The translations under genes and the position numbers were made by a program. 64,000 bases of DNA, from NCBI GenBank assembly GCA_965219445.1, contig CBDCNQ010000001.1, positions 96,001 through 160,000 on the forward strand, read 5' to 3'. How positions within the stretch are numbered: the first letter of the stretch is position 1; every line of letters begins with the position of its first letter. This DNA is from Longimicrobiales bacterium. Lineage in GTDB: Bacteria > Gemmatimonadota > Gemmatimonadetes > Longimicrobiales > Gaopeijiaceae. The notes under the pieces are model-generated. The model saw only the letters and a program-made list of their open reading frames with translations. It did not search any database and had not been told where the DNA came from. Below are positions 51,244-62,343 of the stretch, piece after piece.

Positions 51244-52788
51244 ATGTATGATCCGTTTCGTGCCAAAGTGAAGGTCGCCTTCTACACTGCGGCCGCGGCT
51301 CTCATGGGGCTCGGAATCGCGTCCACGCTCGGATGGAGTGGCGCGTCCCATCCGATGCTCGTTATCGGAAGCCAGCCGCAGATCCCGATCCAAGCTGTCC
51401 AGCCGGCACTCGACCTCAGCGACGCGTTCGTCAACGTCGCCGAGGTCGTCACGCCAGCGGTGGTGCGGATCGAAGCACGACGGCAACCTGGGTCTGCCCG
51501 TCCGCAAACGCGGCGCCTGCGCGTGCCCAACCCGAATCCCCAGGACCGGCCGGATCGGGTTTCAGGAGGGAGCGGGTTCATCATCTCCGACGATGGTTAC
51601 ATCCTCACCAACAACCACGTGGTCGACAACGCGGACCAACTCACCGTTTTTCTCCAGGATCGGCGCTCTTTGCCCGCCGCGGTCGTGGGACGGGACCCGT
51701 TTACGGACGTGGCGGTGATCAAGATCGAGGCACCCGATCTGACCAAGCTCAACTTCGGGAGTTCGGCCGACCTCCGTGTCGGAGAATGGATCGTGGCCAT
51801 CGGCAACCCCGGCTTCAGTGGCGCCCGTAGTCCATTGGATTACACGGTGACGGTAGGGATCGTCAGCGCGCTTGGACGCCCCCTCGACTTGCTTCAGCGG
51901 GGGCTCCGGGAGGACCAGGAAACCAGGCCAAACAGCGGGTTCGCCATCGAGGATTTCATCCAAACCGACGCGGTGATCAACCCCGGCAATTCGGGGGGAC
52001 CGATGGTGAACCTCAGGGGGCAGGTGGTCGGAATCAATTCCGCCATCGCCAGCCAGACGGGATACTACCAGGGGTACGGATTCGCGATTCCGATCGACCT
52101 GGCCTACCGGGTCACGGAAGATCTGATCGAGTACGGCCGTGTACGTAGGGCCTGGCTCGGCGTCGGCATGCGGGCGATCGACCAGATCTCGGCCGAGAGT
52201 TACGGCCTCCCCACAGTCTCGGGAGTCGAGTTGACGCTCATCACCGAGGGCGGCCCGTCGGAGGCCCAGGGCCTCCGCGTGTACGACGTAATCGTTGAAA
52301 TCGACGGCCAGCCGATCGGACGAGTGGGGCAGATGCAGCAGGCGATCGCGATGAAACGCCCGGGTGACCGCATCAGCGTCGGGGTGTACCGAGACGGCGC
52401 ACCGGTGACCGTGAACATCCGGCTCGGCGAAGCTCCCCTTCAGGCGCAGCCTGTGGTCGAAGCCTCCACAGCGCCCGTGCGTGAAGAAGAACGGATGGAC
52501 GACAAGCTCGGACTGCGAATCGAAGACATGGATCGTGAGAGCGCCGGGGAGTTCGGCTACGACGACGTGGACGGCGTCGTGATCACGGACGTTGAGGTGA
52601 ACGGTCCGGCAGCACGGCGGGGGGTCGTTCCGGGCTTCAAGATCCTCGAGCTCAACCGCGAGGCGGTCGACGACATGTCGGACATCCGGCGGATCATGGC
52701 GGGGGTGAACCCGGGAGAGATTGTGACTCTCCACGTCGCTACGCCCAACGACCAGCGGATGATCATCCACGTCCGGGTTTCGGGGTAG
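51244..52788 (+). CDS. HtrA/DegP-family serine protease with two PDZ domains
   Basis: GSGFII, TNNHVV, TDVAVIK, QTDAVINPGNSGGP. Confidence 0.95.
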   Translation: MYDPFRAKVKVAFYTAAAALMGLGIASTLGWSGASHPMLVIGSQPQIPIQAVQPALDLSDAFVNVAEVVTPAVVRIEARRQPGSARPQTRRLRVPNPNPQDRPDRVSGGSGFIISDDGYILTNNHVVDNADQLTVFLQDRRSLPAAVVGRDPFTDVAVIKIEAPDLTKLNFGSSADLRVGEWIVAIGNPGFSGARSPLDYTVTVGIVSALGRPLDLLQRGLREDQETRPNSGFAIEDFIQTDAVINPGNSGGPMVNLRGQVVGINSAIASQTGYYQGYGFAIPIDLAYRVTEDLIEYGRVRRAWLGVGMRAIDQISAESYGLPTVSGVELTLITEGGPSEAQGLRVYDVIVEIDGQPIGRVGQMQQAIAMKRPGDRISVGVYRDGAPVTVNIRLGEAPLQAQPVVEASTAPVREEERMDDKLGLRIEDMDRESAGEFGYDDVDGVVITDVEVNGPAARRGVVPGFKILELNREAVDDMSDIRRIMAGVNPGEIVTLHVATPNDQRMIIHVRVSG

Positions 52789-52830
52789 CGATCGAGGGAT
52801 TCGAAGTAACGACGAACCGGTTCGACTACG

Positions 52831-52876
52831 CGCGAGGGGCGCGTCGCCTTCGGGTGGCGCGCCCCTCGTGTTTCGT
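52831..52876 (+). terminator. Intrinsic terminator-like hairpin after degP
   Basis: 18-bp GC-rich stem CGCGAGGGGCGCGTCGCC-TTCG-GGTGGCGCGCCCCTCGTG followed by TTTCGT. Confidence 0.75.
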
Positions 52877-52927
52877 CATCCCTTCGTCGTCGGGGCGGGA
52901 GGACGGCCAACAGCCGGGACCGTCCCG

Positions 52928-52956
52928 TTGATGGGGTTTTCGGGCCCCGTTATCTT
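52928..52956 (+). promoter_or_regulatory. Putative sigma70 promoter for tRNA-Leu/tig
   Basis: TTGATG-N17-TATCTT. Confidence 0.55.
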
Positions 52957-52998
52957 TGGATCAACCGAGTTACCTACCCGATTCCATGCCCCATCTCT

Positions 52999-53081
52999 GC
53001 GAAAGTGGCGGAATTGGTAGACGCGCAGGATTTAGGATCCTGTGGCTTCATGCCGTGGGGGTTCGAGTCCCCCCTTTCGCA
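52999..53081 (+). tRNA. tRNA-Leu (anticodon TAG), CCA not encoded
   Basis: Acceptor GCGAAAG/CTTTCGC, D-arm GGCGGAATTGGTAGACGC, anticodon arm CAGGA-TTTAGGA-TCCTG, long variable arm, GGTTCGAGTCC. Confidence 0.96.
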
Positions 53082-53113
53082 TTCAAGGTCTATTGATTCC
53101 GAAGCGAGTGTAA

Positions 53114-54376
53114 ATGGCCATTGAGGGGACGCAACTCCAAATTTCTGTCGAAGAAGGCGAGCGGTGGCGCCGGACCATGAGCGTCACGGTTCCCTCCGGC
53201 GTTGTTAGTTCCGAGCGGCGCCGGCTTACCGGTGAGCTCGCCGCGCGCGTCAAGCTTCCAGGATTTCGTAAGGGTCACGTACCGTCTTCTGTCGTTGAGA
53301 AACGTTTCGGAGACTCGTTGAGCCGGGAGGCCCTCGACAAGCTCATCGGGGCCGCATATCGGGAGGCGCTTAACCAGGAGGAGCTCAGCCCGATTTCTGA
53401 GGGGGAGGTCGGTAACGTCCAGTACGAACCGGACCGGGACCTCACCTTCTCGATCTCCTTCGACGTGCGACCGGAGATAGAGCTTCCGCGACTCGGAGGG
53501 TTCAAGGTTGAACGGCCCCCGCTCGAGGGTTCGGATGACAAGCTCCAGGAGGTCTTGAAGCGGCTCCGGGAGGAGAGAGGCACTTGGCAACCGTTGGACG
53601 GGGGCCGCCCCGAGGACGGAGAACTGGTCGGTGTGGAAATCCAACGGATCGAAGACGGTGAAGCCGGGGAGGTGCAACCCTACCAGTTCATTCTCGGGCA
53701 GGGAGACGCCATCACCGACATCGAAGAAGCGATCAAATCGCTGGAGGTCGGGGGATCCGGTGAGTTCGTCGTTCGCTTTCCTGACGACTTGCCCAATGAG
53801 GAACGCCGAGGCCAGGAAGAGCAGCTCCTCGTTAGCCTGGACTCTCGGCAAGGCCTCGAGTTGCCGGAGCTGGACGCCGACTTCGCGAAGAGCCTCGGGG
53901 AATTCGAGGGCGTCGACGACTTGAACGAGAAAATTCGGGCGGATTTGGAGAAGGAAGCGGAGGAGCAAGCCGAATCAGTGGTTCGGGGAAAGCTTCTGGA
54001 CGCGATTCTGGAGGCGAATCCCTTTACGGTACCGGTTTCAATGGTGGACCGTTACGTGCAATCGGTGCTTGGCAATCCCGAGGGAGTGACCCCCGAGAAG
54101 CTGGCCGAGGCCAAGGAGCAGATCTCGCCTCAGGCTGAGCAGGCGGTAAAACGGATCTTGGCGATCGACCGCATATCGGAAATACAAGATCTTCGGACCA
54201 CCGAAGAGGAACTCGACGGCCGAATCGAAGAGATCGCCGAAAGAAGCGGGGACACGCCCGCGCAAATTTATGCCAATCTACAGAAGAACGAGAGGCTCGA
54301 AGCACTGGAGCGCGAGATTACCGAGCGAAAGGTGTTCGACTTTCTCAAAGAACAATCGGAAATCACCGAGAACTGA
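53114..54376 (+). CDS. tig: Trigger factor
   Basis: LPGFRKGHVP; LPELDADFAK; upstream of clpPX. Confidence 0.95.
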   Translation: MAIEGTQLQISVEEGERWRRTMSVTVPSGVVSSERRRLTGELAARVKLPGFRKGHVPSSVVEKRFGDSLSREALDKLIGAAYREALNQEELSPISEGEVGNVQYEPDRDLTFSISFDVRPEIELPRLGGFKVERPPLEGSDDKLQEVLKRLREERGTWQPLDGGRPEDGELVGVEIQRIEDGEAGEVQPYQFILGQGDAITDIEEAIKSLEVGGSGEFVVRFPDDLPNEERRGQEEQLLVSLDSRQGLELPELDADFAKSLGEFEGVDDLNEKIRADLEKEAEEQAESVVRGKLLDAILEANPFTVPVSMVDRYVQSVLGNPEGVTPEKLAEAKEQISPQAEQAVKRILAIDRISEIQDLRTTEEELDGRIEEIAERSGDTPAQIYANLQKNERLEALEREITERKVFDFLKEQSEITEN

Positions 54377-54400
54377 CCCCACGGGAGTGACCTGCCAACC

Positions 54401-55048
54401 ATGCCGATCTACCCACCATACGTCATCGAGCGGACAAGCCGCGGAGAGCGGAGCTACGACATTTTCAGCCGGCTCCTTATGGACCGCATCATCTTCCTCG
54501 GCACCGGAATCGACGACAACGTGGCCAACATCATCGTGGCCCAGCTTCTGTTCCTCGACGCCGAGGATCCAGAACGCGACGTATATCTTTACGTGAACTC
54601 GCCCGGCGGTGGGGTTTATGCCGGCCTTGCGATCTATGATACGATCCAGCACATGCGGGCTCCCGTCGCCACGTTTGCGGTCGGTATCGCAGCCTCGATG
54701 GCCGCTGTGCTCGTCGCTGCTGGGGAAAAAGGCAAGCGAGGCGCCCTTCCGAACTCGCGGATCATGATCCATCAGCCCTCTGGCGGCTCGCAGGGTACGG
54801 CAGCCGACATCGAGATCGCTGCCAAAGAGATCCTGTACACACGCCTACGACTCAACGAGATTTTAGCTAAGCACACGGGTCAGTCGATGGAGCAGGTTCA
54901 GGACGACGTGGACCGCGACCGTTTTATGAGTCCGGAGGAAGCCGTCGAATACGGCCTCATTGATCGGGTACTCGAGGGTCCTATTGAGAACGGCTCGAGC
55001 CCGAGAGACTCGCATGCCAAGCTCGAAGCCTCGGAGGACGAGGAGTAA
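54401..55048 (+). CDS. clpP: ClpP protease
   Basis: [29 protein letters not shown]. Confidence 0.97.
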   Translation: MPIYPPYVIERTSRGERSYDIFSRLLMDRIIFLGTGIDDNVANIIVAQLLFLDAEDPERDVYLYVNSPGGGVYAGLAIYDTIQHMRAPVATFAVGIAASMAAVLVAAGEKGKRGALPNSRIMIHQPSGGSQGTAADIEIAAKEILYTRLRLNEILAKHTGQSMEQVQDDVDRDRFMSPEEAVEYGLIDRVLEGPIENGSSPRDSHAKLEASEDEE

Positions 55049-55078
55049 CCACGCGCGCACGAGCAGAGGACGCACGAT

Positions 55079-56311
55079 ATGTCCAGTGACAAGCATCTAC
55101 GTTGCAGTTTTTGCGGAAAGTCCAAGGAAACGGTCAAGAAGTTCATCTCCGGTCCCTCCGTCTATATCTGTAACGAGTGTATTTCCCTCTGTAATGAGAT
55201 CCTCGCCGAGGAAGAAGATCGAGAGTCGTCAGAGTCCGCAGTCCCGAGTCCGACCCCGCAGGAGATCAAAGAAGTGCTCGATCAGTACGTCATCGGGCAG
55301 GAGGGTGCGAAACGGGCCCTCGCCGTCGCCGTCTACAACCACTACAAGCGAGTCAACAATCAGGGCGTGCTCGAGGAGGTCGAGATTGACAAGGCCAACA
55401 TTCTCCTGATCGGGCCGACCGGAGTCGGTAAGACCCTGCTCGCACAGACGTTGGCTCGGATCCTCCATGTTCCGTTCACGATCGCAGACGCTACCACGCT
55501 CACTGAAGCCGGGTACGTCGGGGAAGACGTTGAGAACATCCTTGTTCGGCTGCTCCAGGCCGCCGATTTCAACGTGGCCGAGTGCGAGCGAGGAATCGTC
55601 TACATCGACGAGATGGACAAGATCGCTCGAAAATCCGAGAATCCCTCGATCACTCGGGACGTCTCGGGAGAGGGTGTCCAACAAGCTCTCCTCAAGATCC
55701 TGGAGGGCACGATCGCGTCGGTCCCGCCCCAGGGCGGTCGAAAACATCCACAACAGGAATACATCCAGCTCGAGACCCGGAATATCCTGTTTATCTGCGG
55801 TGGCGCTTTCGACGGCCTTGAACAGATCATCGAATCCCGCCTCGGCAGACGGCGCATCGGGTTTGGTGAGAAGGCCTCTGAGGAGGAACGAGACGAGCTT
55901 CTGCCATATGTCGAGCCCGAGGATCTTCAGCGGTTCGGCCTCATCCCCGAGCTCGTGGGACGTCTCCCGGTCGCGGTCCACTTGACCGACCTGGACGAGG
56001 ACTCATTGTTGAAGATCCTGGAGGAGCCAAAAAACGCTCTGGTCAAACAGTACCGTAAGATGTTCGAACTAGAAGGCATCGGCCTCACGTTCGACAAAGA
56101 AGCGCTGCGTACGATCGCCAAGAAGACGCTGGACCGCGGCACCGGCGCGCGCGGCCTGCGTTCCGTGATCGAGGACTTCATGCGCGACGTCATGTTCGAG
56201 ATTCCCTCTCGAACGGACATCCGAGAGGTGGTCGTTACGGCAGACTGTATCGACCAGGACGTGCCACCGCTGCTCGTGCTGCACCCGGAAACGCAGAAAA
56301 AAGAGGCCTGA
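55079..56311 (+). CDS. clpX: ClpX ATPase
   Basis: CSFCGK zinc finger, [25 protein letters not shown] loop. Confidence 0.98.
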   Translation: MSSDKHLRCSFCGKSKETVKKFISGPSVYICNECISLCNEILAEEEDRESSESAVPSPTPQEIKEVLDQYVIGQEGAKRALAVAVYNHYKRVNNQGVLEEVEIDKANILLIGPTGVGKTLLAQTLARILHVPFTIADATTLTEAGYVGEDVENILVRLLQAADFNVAECERGIVYIDEMDKIARKSENPSITRDVSGEGVQQALLKILEGTIASVPPQGGRKHPQQEYIQLETRNILFICGGAFDGLEQIIESRLGRRRIGFGEKASEEERDELLPYVEPEDLQRFGLIPELVGRLPVAVHLTDLDEDSLLKILEEPKNALVKQYRKMFELEGIGLTFDKEALRTIAKKTLDRGTGARGLRSVIEDFMRDVMFEIPSRTDIREVVVTADCIDQDVPPLLVLHPETQKKEA

Positions 56312-56439
56312 GTCGCCCTAGCCCTTCCCCACAGTTGTTTCCCAGCGTAGGATGCGCGCACCCGGTCCAAACTCTCCCGAGAGCGACCGGCACCATGGTG
56401 TGTTTGAACTCGCGTACTTTAGATACGCCCTAGGAGCCA

Positions 56440-58896
56440 ATGGCGACACTGATCCGGGTCGACCAGACCTACGAGATCCCAGACCAGCTCCCTGTGGTAG
56501 CCCTGAGGGATCTCGTCTTCTTCCCCTACATGGTCTTGCCCCTTCTGATCGGCCGACCCCCGTCGCTCGCCGCGCTGGACGCCGCCGAAAAAAGCGACGG
56601 AGACGGATATATCCTCCTTCTGGCGCAGAAGGACGTTCAGGTGGAGGATCCCTCCAAAGACGACGTGCACCGCCTTGGCGTGGTCGCGCAGATCCTCCAG
56701 GTGTCGCGCCTTCCGGACGGGAACGCCCGCGTCGTACTCGAGGGCATCGGGCGCTGTCGCGTTCGTCGCTTCCTGAAATCCACCGCCGGTTTCACGGCGT
56801 CGATCGAGCCGTTCGTCACGGAGGAATGTGCGGAGGGGCGAGAGCCGAGCGAAGACGAAGCCGTCGCCCGAGGCGTCCTTCGGCTCTTTCACGAGTATGT
56901 CCACCTGTGTGATCGTGTCCCAGACGATGTGGCGAGCTCGATCTCTTTCGAGGGTGACCGGCTTCGCGCGGCGCATCTGATCTCCGGACATTTGTTGGTG
57001 CTTCCCGGTGAGAAGCAGGAACTTCTCGAATCCCCCGCCATCGCGCCGTATTACGGGCTCCTGAGAGAGATCCTCGTGCGGGAGTTGGAAATTCTGCGGA
57101 TTGAGGAGAAGCTGGATGCTCAGATTCGCATGCAGCTCGACTCGGATCACCGCCAGATCTACCTACAGGAGCAGTTGAAGGCGATTCACAACGAGCTCGG
57201 AGCCGACCCCAAGGATGAGTGGTCGGACCTCGCGGCCGCCGTGGTGTCGACTTCCCTTCCTACGCATGCCCGTGAGAGAGCGGAACGCGAGCTCAACCGC
57301 CTGGAGAAGCTGAATCCTGTCGCTCCCGAGGCCGCGGTAATTCGAAGCTATCTCGACTGGATCTTGGAACTCCCGTGGGCAGAACGCAGTGAGGACAACC
57401 TCGAAGTCGAGCATGCGTCCGCTACACTCGATGAGGCCCACTACGGGCTCACGGAGGTGAAGGATCGAATCCTCGACCATATTGCGGTGCTGTCGCTGGT
57501 CGGTGAGTTGAAGGGACCCATCCTCTGCCTTGTTGGCCCACCCGGGGTCGGCAAGACCTCCCTCGGCCGCAGTATCGCCATCGCTCTCGGCCGAGAGTTC
57601 GTACGCGTCAGCCTGGGCGGCATCCGAGACGAGGCCGAGATCCGGGGTCACCGCCGCACTTATGTTGGTGCATTGCCCGGGAGGGTCCTCCAGGGGATGC
57701 GCCGCAGCGGGACTACCAACCCCGTCTTCCTTTTCGATGAGATCGACAAGTTGGCCCGTGACTTCCATGGCGATCCCGGTGCCGCCCTCCTCGAAGTGCT
57801 GGACCCCGAACAGAACAAGACGTTCACGGACCACTATCTGGAGCTGGAATACGACCTCTCCGATGTGCTGTTCGTCACCACCGCCAACACACTCGCTGGG
57901 ATTCCGGAGCCGCTTCGGGACCGAATGGAAACCATCCGTCTTCCGGGATACCTCGACACAGAAAAGCTCGCGATCGCCCTGCGATTCCTCTGGCCCCACC
58001 AGGTGATGCGCCATGGGCTACCGACCAATGTGGACCTCGCCGAGGGTGCGGCCAGAGCCATCATCCGGCGGTATACGCGGGAAGCGGGTGTCCGGGAGCT
58101 GGACCGCCGCATCTCTCGTGTCGCCCGAAAACTCGCCCGTCGGAAGGCCGATGAGGGCCCGCGGACGGGTGATGAAGATACAGCAACCGCGGAGGACCGA
58201 TCGACCGAACGCCCGAGAATCGACGAAGACGAGTTGAAGGCTCTTTTGGGCCCGCCGCTCTATCTGGATCGCAGCACGGACGAGGATGAGCGGGCCGGAA
58301 TGGCTAACGGGCTGGCATGGACGGAGGCGGGAGGTGTGGTGCTCGACGTCGAGGTTGCGGTCGTACCGGGATCGGGCCAAGTGCAACTCACTGGGACGCT
58401 TGGGGAGGTAATGAAGGAGTCGGCCTTTGCGGCGGTAACTTACGCACGCTCACGGGCCGCCCGCCTCGGACTCGATCCACAGTTCCACAAGGACTTGGAC
58501 ATCCATATCCATATCCCGGAGGGTGCCACTCCCAAGGATGGTCCATCCGCCGGAATCACCATCGCCACCGCACTGATCTCGGCGCTCACGGGGACGCCGT
58601 CACGGGCCGACGTGGCCATGACCGGAGAGATCACACTTCGAGGGCGCATCCTTGCCGTCGGAGGGATCAAGGAGAAGGCCGTGGCCGCGCTCCGGGAGGG
58701 ATTGAGCAAGGTTCTGTTACCGGCGGCCAACGCACCTGAGTTGGAACTCATGCCCGAGGAGGTGATCGACGGACTGGAGTTCGTGCCGGTCCGTACGATG
58801 GACGAGGTCCTGACCGAGGCGCTCCCGTCGATGTCGGAAAACTGGAGAAGCTTCGCCGAGGGTGGGACTTCGGTCGGAACCCACCTTTCGCAGTAG
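56440..58896 (+). CDS. lon: Lon protease
   Basis: GPPGVGKTS, RGHRRTYVGA, PKDGPSAG, GGIKEK. Confidence 0.97.
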   Translation: MATLIRVDQTYEIPDQLPVVALRDLVFFPYMVLPLLIGRPPSLAALDAAEKSDGDGYILLLAQKDVQVEDPSKDDVHRLGVVAQILQVSRLPDGNARVVLEGIGRCRVRRFLKSTAGFTASIEPFVTEECAEGREPSEDEAVARGVLRLFHEYVHLCDRVPDDVASSISFEGDRLRAAHLISGHLLVLPGEKQELLESPAIAPYYGLLREILVRELEILRIEEKLDAQIRMQLDSDHRQIYLQEQLKAIHNELGADPKDEWSDLAAAVVSTSLPTHARERAERELNRLEKLNPVAPEAAVIRSYLDWILELPWAERSEDNLEVEHASATLDEAHYGLTEVKDRILDHIAVLSLVGELKGPILCLVGPPGVGKTSLGRSIAIALGREFVRVSLGGIRDEAEIRGHRRTYVGALPGRVLQGMRRSGTTNPVFLFDEIDKLARDFHGDPGAALLEVLDPEQNKTFTDHYLELEYDLSDVLFVTTANTLAGIPEPLRDRMETIRLPGYLDTEKLAIALRFLWPHQVMRHGLPTNVDLAEGAARAIIRRYTREAGVRELDRRISRVARKLARRKADEGPRTGDEDTATAEDRSTERPRIDEDELKALLGPPLYLDRSTDEDERAGMANGLAWTEAGGVVLDVEVAVVPGSGQVQLTGTLGEVMKESAFAAVTYARSRAARLGLDPQFHKDLDIHIHIPEGATPKDGPSAGITIATALISALTGTPSRADVAMTGEITLRGRILAVGGIKEKAVAALREGLSKVLLPAANAPELELMPEEVIDGLEFVPVRTMDEVLTEALPSMSENWRSFAEGGTSVGTHLSQ

Positions 58897-58897
58897 C

Positions 58898-59503
58898 GTG
58901 GAGGTTCGAACCGTCGAATTTGCGGGAAGCCTTTTCGACACCGGCGCTCCGGTTCCCGGAGACCTTCCACAGGTCGCGTTTTCCGGTCGCTCCAACGTCG
59001 GCAAGTCGTCACTCATCAACGTGCTTCTCAGACGCACGAGGAAGAAGCTCGCCCATGTATCGGCGACACCGGGCAAGACACGGTCCCTCAACTTTTACTT
59101 GGTGAACGACCGGTTCTTTCTGGTCGACCTCCCTGGGTTCGGTTTCGCCAGGGTCTCCTCAACTGTAAGACGGTCTTGGAAGGAGCTGGTGGAGGATTAT
59201 CTCGTAGGGGAACCGAAGCTACGTGGCGTCGTACATCTAGTAGACGCCCGGCACGACCCCACCATCACCGATCTCGAGATGGTGGAGTTTCTCGCGGTGA
59301 GAGGCGTACCCACGTTGGTGGTCCTTACGAAGATGGACAAGCTTAAGCGCATGGCCCGGGAGAGTGCCACGGCGGCAGCTGTGAAGCGGCTGAATATCGA
59401 CGAGGATCAGGTGCTCGGTTTCTCATCCAAGACGGGCGAAGGACGTGAGGAGTTGTTGACGGCCCTCGACGATCTTATCGGCGCAGACGAGACCGCACAG
59501 TGA
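58898..59503 (+). CDS. yihA: Ribosome biogenesis GTPase YihA/YsxC
   Basis: GRSNVGKSS, PGKT, DLPGFG, TKMD. Confidence 0.95.
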   Translation: MEVRTVEFAGSLFDTGAPVPGDLPQVAFSGRSNVGKSSLINVLLRRTRKKLAHVSATPGKTRSLNFYLVNDRFFLVDLPGFGFARVSSTVRRSWKELVEDYLVGEPKLRGVVHLVDARHDPTITDLEMVEFLAVRGVPTLVVLTKMDKLKRMARESATAAAVKRLNIDEDQVLGFSSKTGEGREELLTALDDLIGADETAQ

Positions 59504-60117
59504 GTGCCCAGCTGAGCGGGACCCGTATCGTTATCGGAGCCATTCTGGTTCTTGTCAGTGGCTGCGGAGGTGCGGGGTCCGGAATCGGCCAGTCTGCTGC
59601 GCCGACTGCAGCTACGCTCGTCCCACCTGGATATGGCACGCTCACACAGGCCCAGTTCACGCTGGAGTTGGCTAGCGGCGCACTCCAGATCCAGGTCACC
59701 CCACTGGCCGAATCCGTCATTCGACTCGCTGCTCCCGACACATACCAGCGGCTGACCGGCCTGTCGGCGTCGGCCGGCGAGTCCTTACGCTCCCGAGCTC
59801 GGGAGGACAGCCTCCTCTTTCTCGTGTCCATGTTCAGTCGAGACCCGACCATCACGTACGAGCCCGAGAATCTTCATATCGTGAACGGTGGACTCAGATA
59901 CCGTCCGACGGCCATCGAGGCCGTCACACCCGGCTGGGGGGGACAACGCCTTCGGCAGGAAGAGCCCCAACTTGCGGTCTACGCCTTCGATCCGGGCATC
60001 GAGCTGGAGATCTCCCTGACGGTGGAGTACGAAAACGCGAGGGACACGTCCTGGCCGACGATCCTCAATCAGCTCGAGCTGGAGCGCGCTCGTGTACGGG
60101 CTCGGATCGGAGCCTGA
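59500..60117 (+). CDS. Hypothetical lipoprotein
   Basis: Lipobox VSGC; GTGA overlap with yihA. Confidence 0.75.
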   Translation: MSAQLSGTRIVIGAILVLVSGCGGAGSGIGQSAAPTAATLVPPGYGTLTQAQFTLELASGALQIQVTPLAESVIRLAAPDTYQRLTGLSASAGESLRSRAREDSLLFLVSMFSRDPTITYEPENLHIVNGGLRYRPTAIEAVTPGWGGQRLRQEEPQLAVYAFDPGIELEISLTVEYENARDTSWPTILNQLELERARVRARIGA

Positions 60118-60163
60118 GTGGTCTCAGAGGCTCCAGCGCCTCGGCACTCTCTGTGGCTCACAA

Positions 60164-60184
60164 ACTTCTGGGACACCACGCTAG
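60164..60184. repeat. Isolated copy of the MITE terminal repeat
   Basis: ACTTCTGGGACACCACGCTAG matches 9786-9806 at 20 of 21 positions. Confidence 0.75.
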
Positions 60185-61815
60185 GTTGATGCGGCGTCCT
60201 CGTCCATCCCGAATTTCTTGATCTTGCGATAGAGCGTTCGTTCGCCAATGGCGAGCATCTGGGCCGCCTTCCGACGGTTGCCTCGAACCTCCAGCAGCGC
60301 CGCAGCGATCGCTGCCCGTTCCATATCCTCCATGGTCATCCCCGACCGATACACGACGGCCCCGGCACCGGGTGTGTCCTCCAACCCTTCCTCGGCCAAA
60401 ACCTCGATCGGCTCTTCCACATCCCAGGACTCCTCCGGGCCCGCGGAGGCGGGTGGCACAACACCGATCTCGACCCTCCCCTCGTCGATCGGATACCTGT
60501 CCGCGGACACGGCAGAGCCCGGTTCTGGTGACCGGTATTTCTCAAACTCCTTCCGGAGGTCGTCCATATCCATTCGCAGATCGACCAGCGTACGAAAAAT
60601 AAACTCCAGCTCCGGCCGGATCCCTTGAGCACTCGTATCCTCCAACGCTCGAGCGCTCGCCTCTGCTACAGGCACAAGTGCAGCGGTGCCCGGCACCCCC
60701 CGAACCTCCGAAGGGATATCCTTCGGCAGAACCTGACGGCCGGGAGCGAGAACGACCATGCTCTCGACCAAGTTCTGTAACTCGCGGATGTTCCCGGGCC
60801 AATGGTAGTCCTGAAGGATTTCCATGGCCTCCTGAGAAATCCCCTCGAACCGACGGTCGTGACGCCTACTGGCATCCTCGATGAAGGCGTCCACCAACAG
60901 GGGGATGTCCTCCCGCCTCCGGCGGAGCGGAGGGAGCTCGATATGCAGCACATTCAGTCGATAGAAGAGGTCCTTGCGGAACCGGCCCAGGGCCACGAGC
61001 TGCTTGAGGTCCTGGTTGGTGGCAGTGACGATGCGGATATCGACGCGGATCACGTCCTCACCACCCACTCGACGGAACTCGTGCTGCTCGAGAACTCGAA
61101 GAAGCTTGGTCTGTATCGCCAGGGGCATCTCCCCGATCTCGTCGAGGAAGATGGTCCCCTTGTCCGCCAACTCGAAAAGCCCCCGCCGAGAGTCGATCGC
61201 GCCCGTGAAGGCTCCCTTCTCGTGACCGAAGAGCTCGCTTTCCAGGAGCGTTTCCGAGAGGGCGGCAACGTTCGCCGCGATGAACGGCCGATGACGCCTC
61301 GACGAGAGGTGATGGATTCCTCTCGCGACCAACTCCTTACCTGTGCCCGATTCACCGGTGATGAGCACCGTGGACGCCACCGGGGCGAACTGCACGACCC
61401 GCTCCAGAGTCTCCTTTATTGCATCGGTTTCGCCGACGATGCCCGCCGACGCCTGGAGCCGCCGCCGCTCGATGACCGAACGGGCTACAAAAACTATGTC
61501 GTCTGCGTGAACCACATCCAAGAAGACTTCCAGGTAGTCGGCAGCCAGCCTCGGGATCACGTCCGCGTTTTCTTCGATTGCAAAGGCCGGAGCCTTCGAT
61601 TCAGCACGGGCGTGCTTTACCAAACTCCGGGCGGAGGCGGTGTCGGCGGACCCGGTCACGACCAGCAGATCGATCGGTGGGCCACCACTCACGTCCTCGT
61701 CCGGGGTGACCAGCTCGACGTCGTATCCGGCGCCCCGGAACGCCTCCCTGAGCTCGCCCGCCCGCTCTAAATGATGGGTTGAGACGAGCACCCTACCCTC
61801 GACGGTGCCACTCAT
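60181..61815 (-). CDS. Sigma54-dependent Fis-family transcriptional activator
   Basis: [37 protein letters not shown]-terminal HTH. Confidence 0.95.
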   Translation of the reverse strand: MSGTVEGRVLVSTHHLERAGELREAFRGAGYDVELVTPDEDVSGGPPIDLLVVTGSADTASARSLVKHARAESKAPAFAIEENADVIPRLAADYLEVFLDVVHADDIVFVARSVIERRRLQASAGIVGETDAIKETLERVVQFAPVASTVLITGESGTGKELVARGIHHLSSRRHRPFIAANVAALSETLLESELFGHEKGAFTGAIDSRRGLFELADKGTIFLDEIGEMPLAIQTKLLRVLEQHEFRRVGGEDVIRVDIRIVTATNQDLKQLVALGRFRKDLFYRLNVLHIELPPLRRRREDIPLLVDAFIEDASRRHDRRFEGISQEAMEILQDYHWPGNIRELQNLVESMVVLAPGRQVLPKDIPSEVRGVPGTAALVPVAEASARALEDTSAQGIRPELEFIFRTLVDLRMDMDDLRKEFEKYRSPEPGSAVSADRYPIDEGRVEIGVVPPASAGPEESWDVEEPIEVLAEEGLEDTPGAGAVVYRSGMTMEDMERAAIAAALLEVRGNRRKAAQMLAIGERTLYRKIKKFGMDEDAAST

Positions 61816-62321
61816 ACGGGATCTACGGGTGCCGCGGGAGTCGGATGTCCTGTGGCCTCACCCCGCAACAGTTCCACGATGTGTGGCAGAAGCTCCTCAA
61901 TCGCCTTGAGTCCGTCCTTCACACCACCGGGGCTCCCCGGAAGGTTCGCCAGGAAGCTGCGGCCTCGTGACCCGACAAGTCCTCTCGACAACACCGCGGT
62001 CGGGGTCTCGGGCAACCCCTGTCTTCGAATGGCATCGGCCAACCCGGGCGCCTCCTTATCGAGGACGCTTCTTGTGGCTTCCGGCGTCACGTCCCGCGGT
62101 GAAAAGCCCGTGCCCCCGGTGGTCAGTATGACGTCGACATCCCCTGAGTCGGCCCACCGCACGAGCTGCGGAATGATCTGATCGGCCTCGTCGGGTACGA
62201 CGCTTCGATGCATCAGTTCGTATTCCCGTCGGTCGCACCACTGAGCGATCAGCTCACCACTACGGTCGTCCCGCTCCCCGGAAAAGCAGCCATCGCTCAC
62301 CGTCAGCACCGCTACCCGCAT
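61812..62321 (-). CDS. MogA/MoaB molybdopterin adenylyltransferase family
   Basis: [31 protein letters not shown]. Confidence 0.93.
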   Translation of the reverse strand: MRVAVLTVSDGCFSGERDDRSGELIAQWCDRREYELMHRSVVPDEADQIIPQLVRWADSGDVDVILTTGGTGFSPRDVTPEATRSVLDKEAPGLADAIRRQGLPETPTAVLSRGLVGSRGRSFLANLPGSPGGVKDGLKAIEELLPHIVELLRGEATGHPTPAAPVDPV

Positions 62322-62343
62322 ACGAACGCTCCACTGGCTCGCT

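Noticed and set aside
52999..53113. Integrative element at tRNA-Leu
   Set aside because: tig follows directly; no integrase or duplicated tRNA 3' end was seen.
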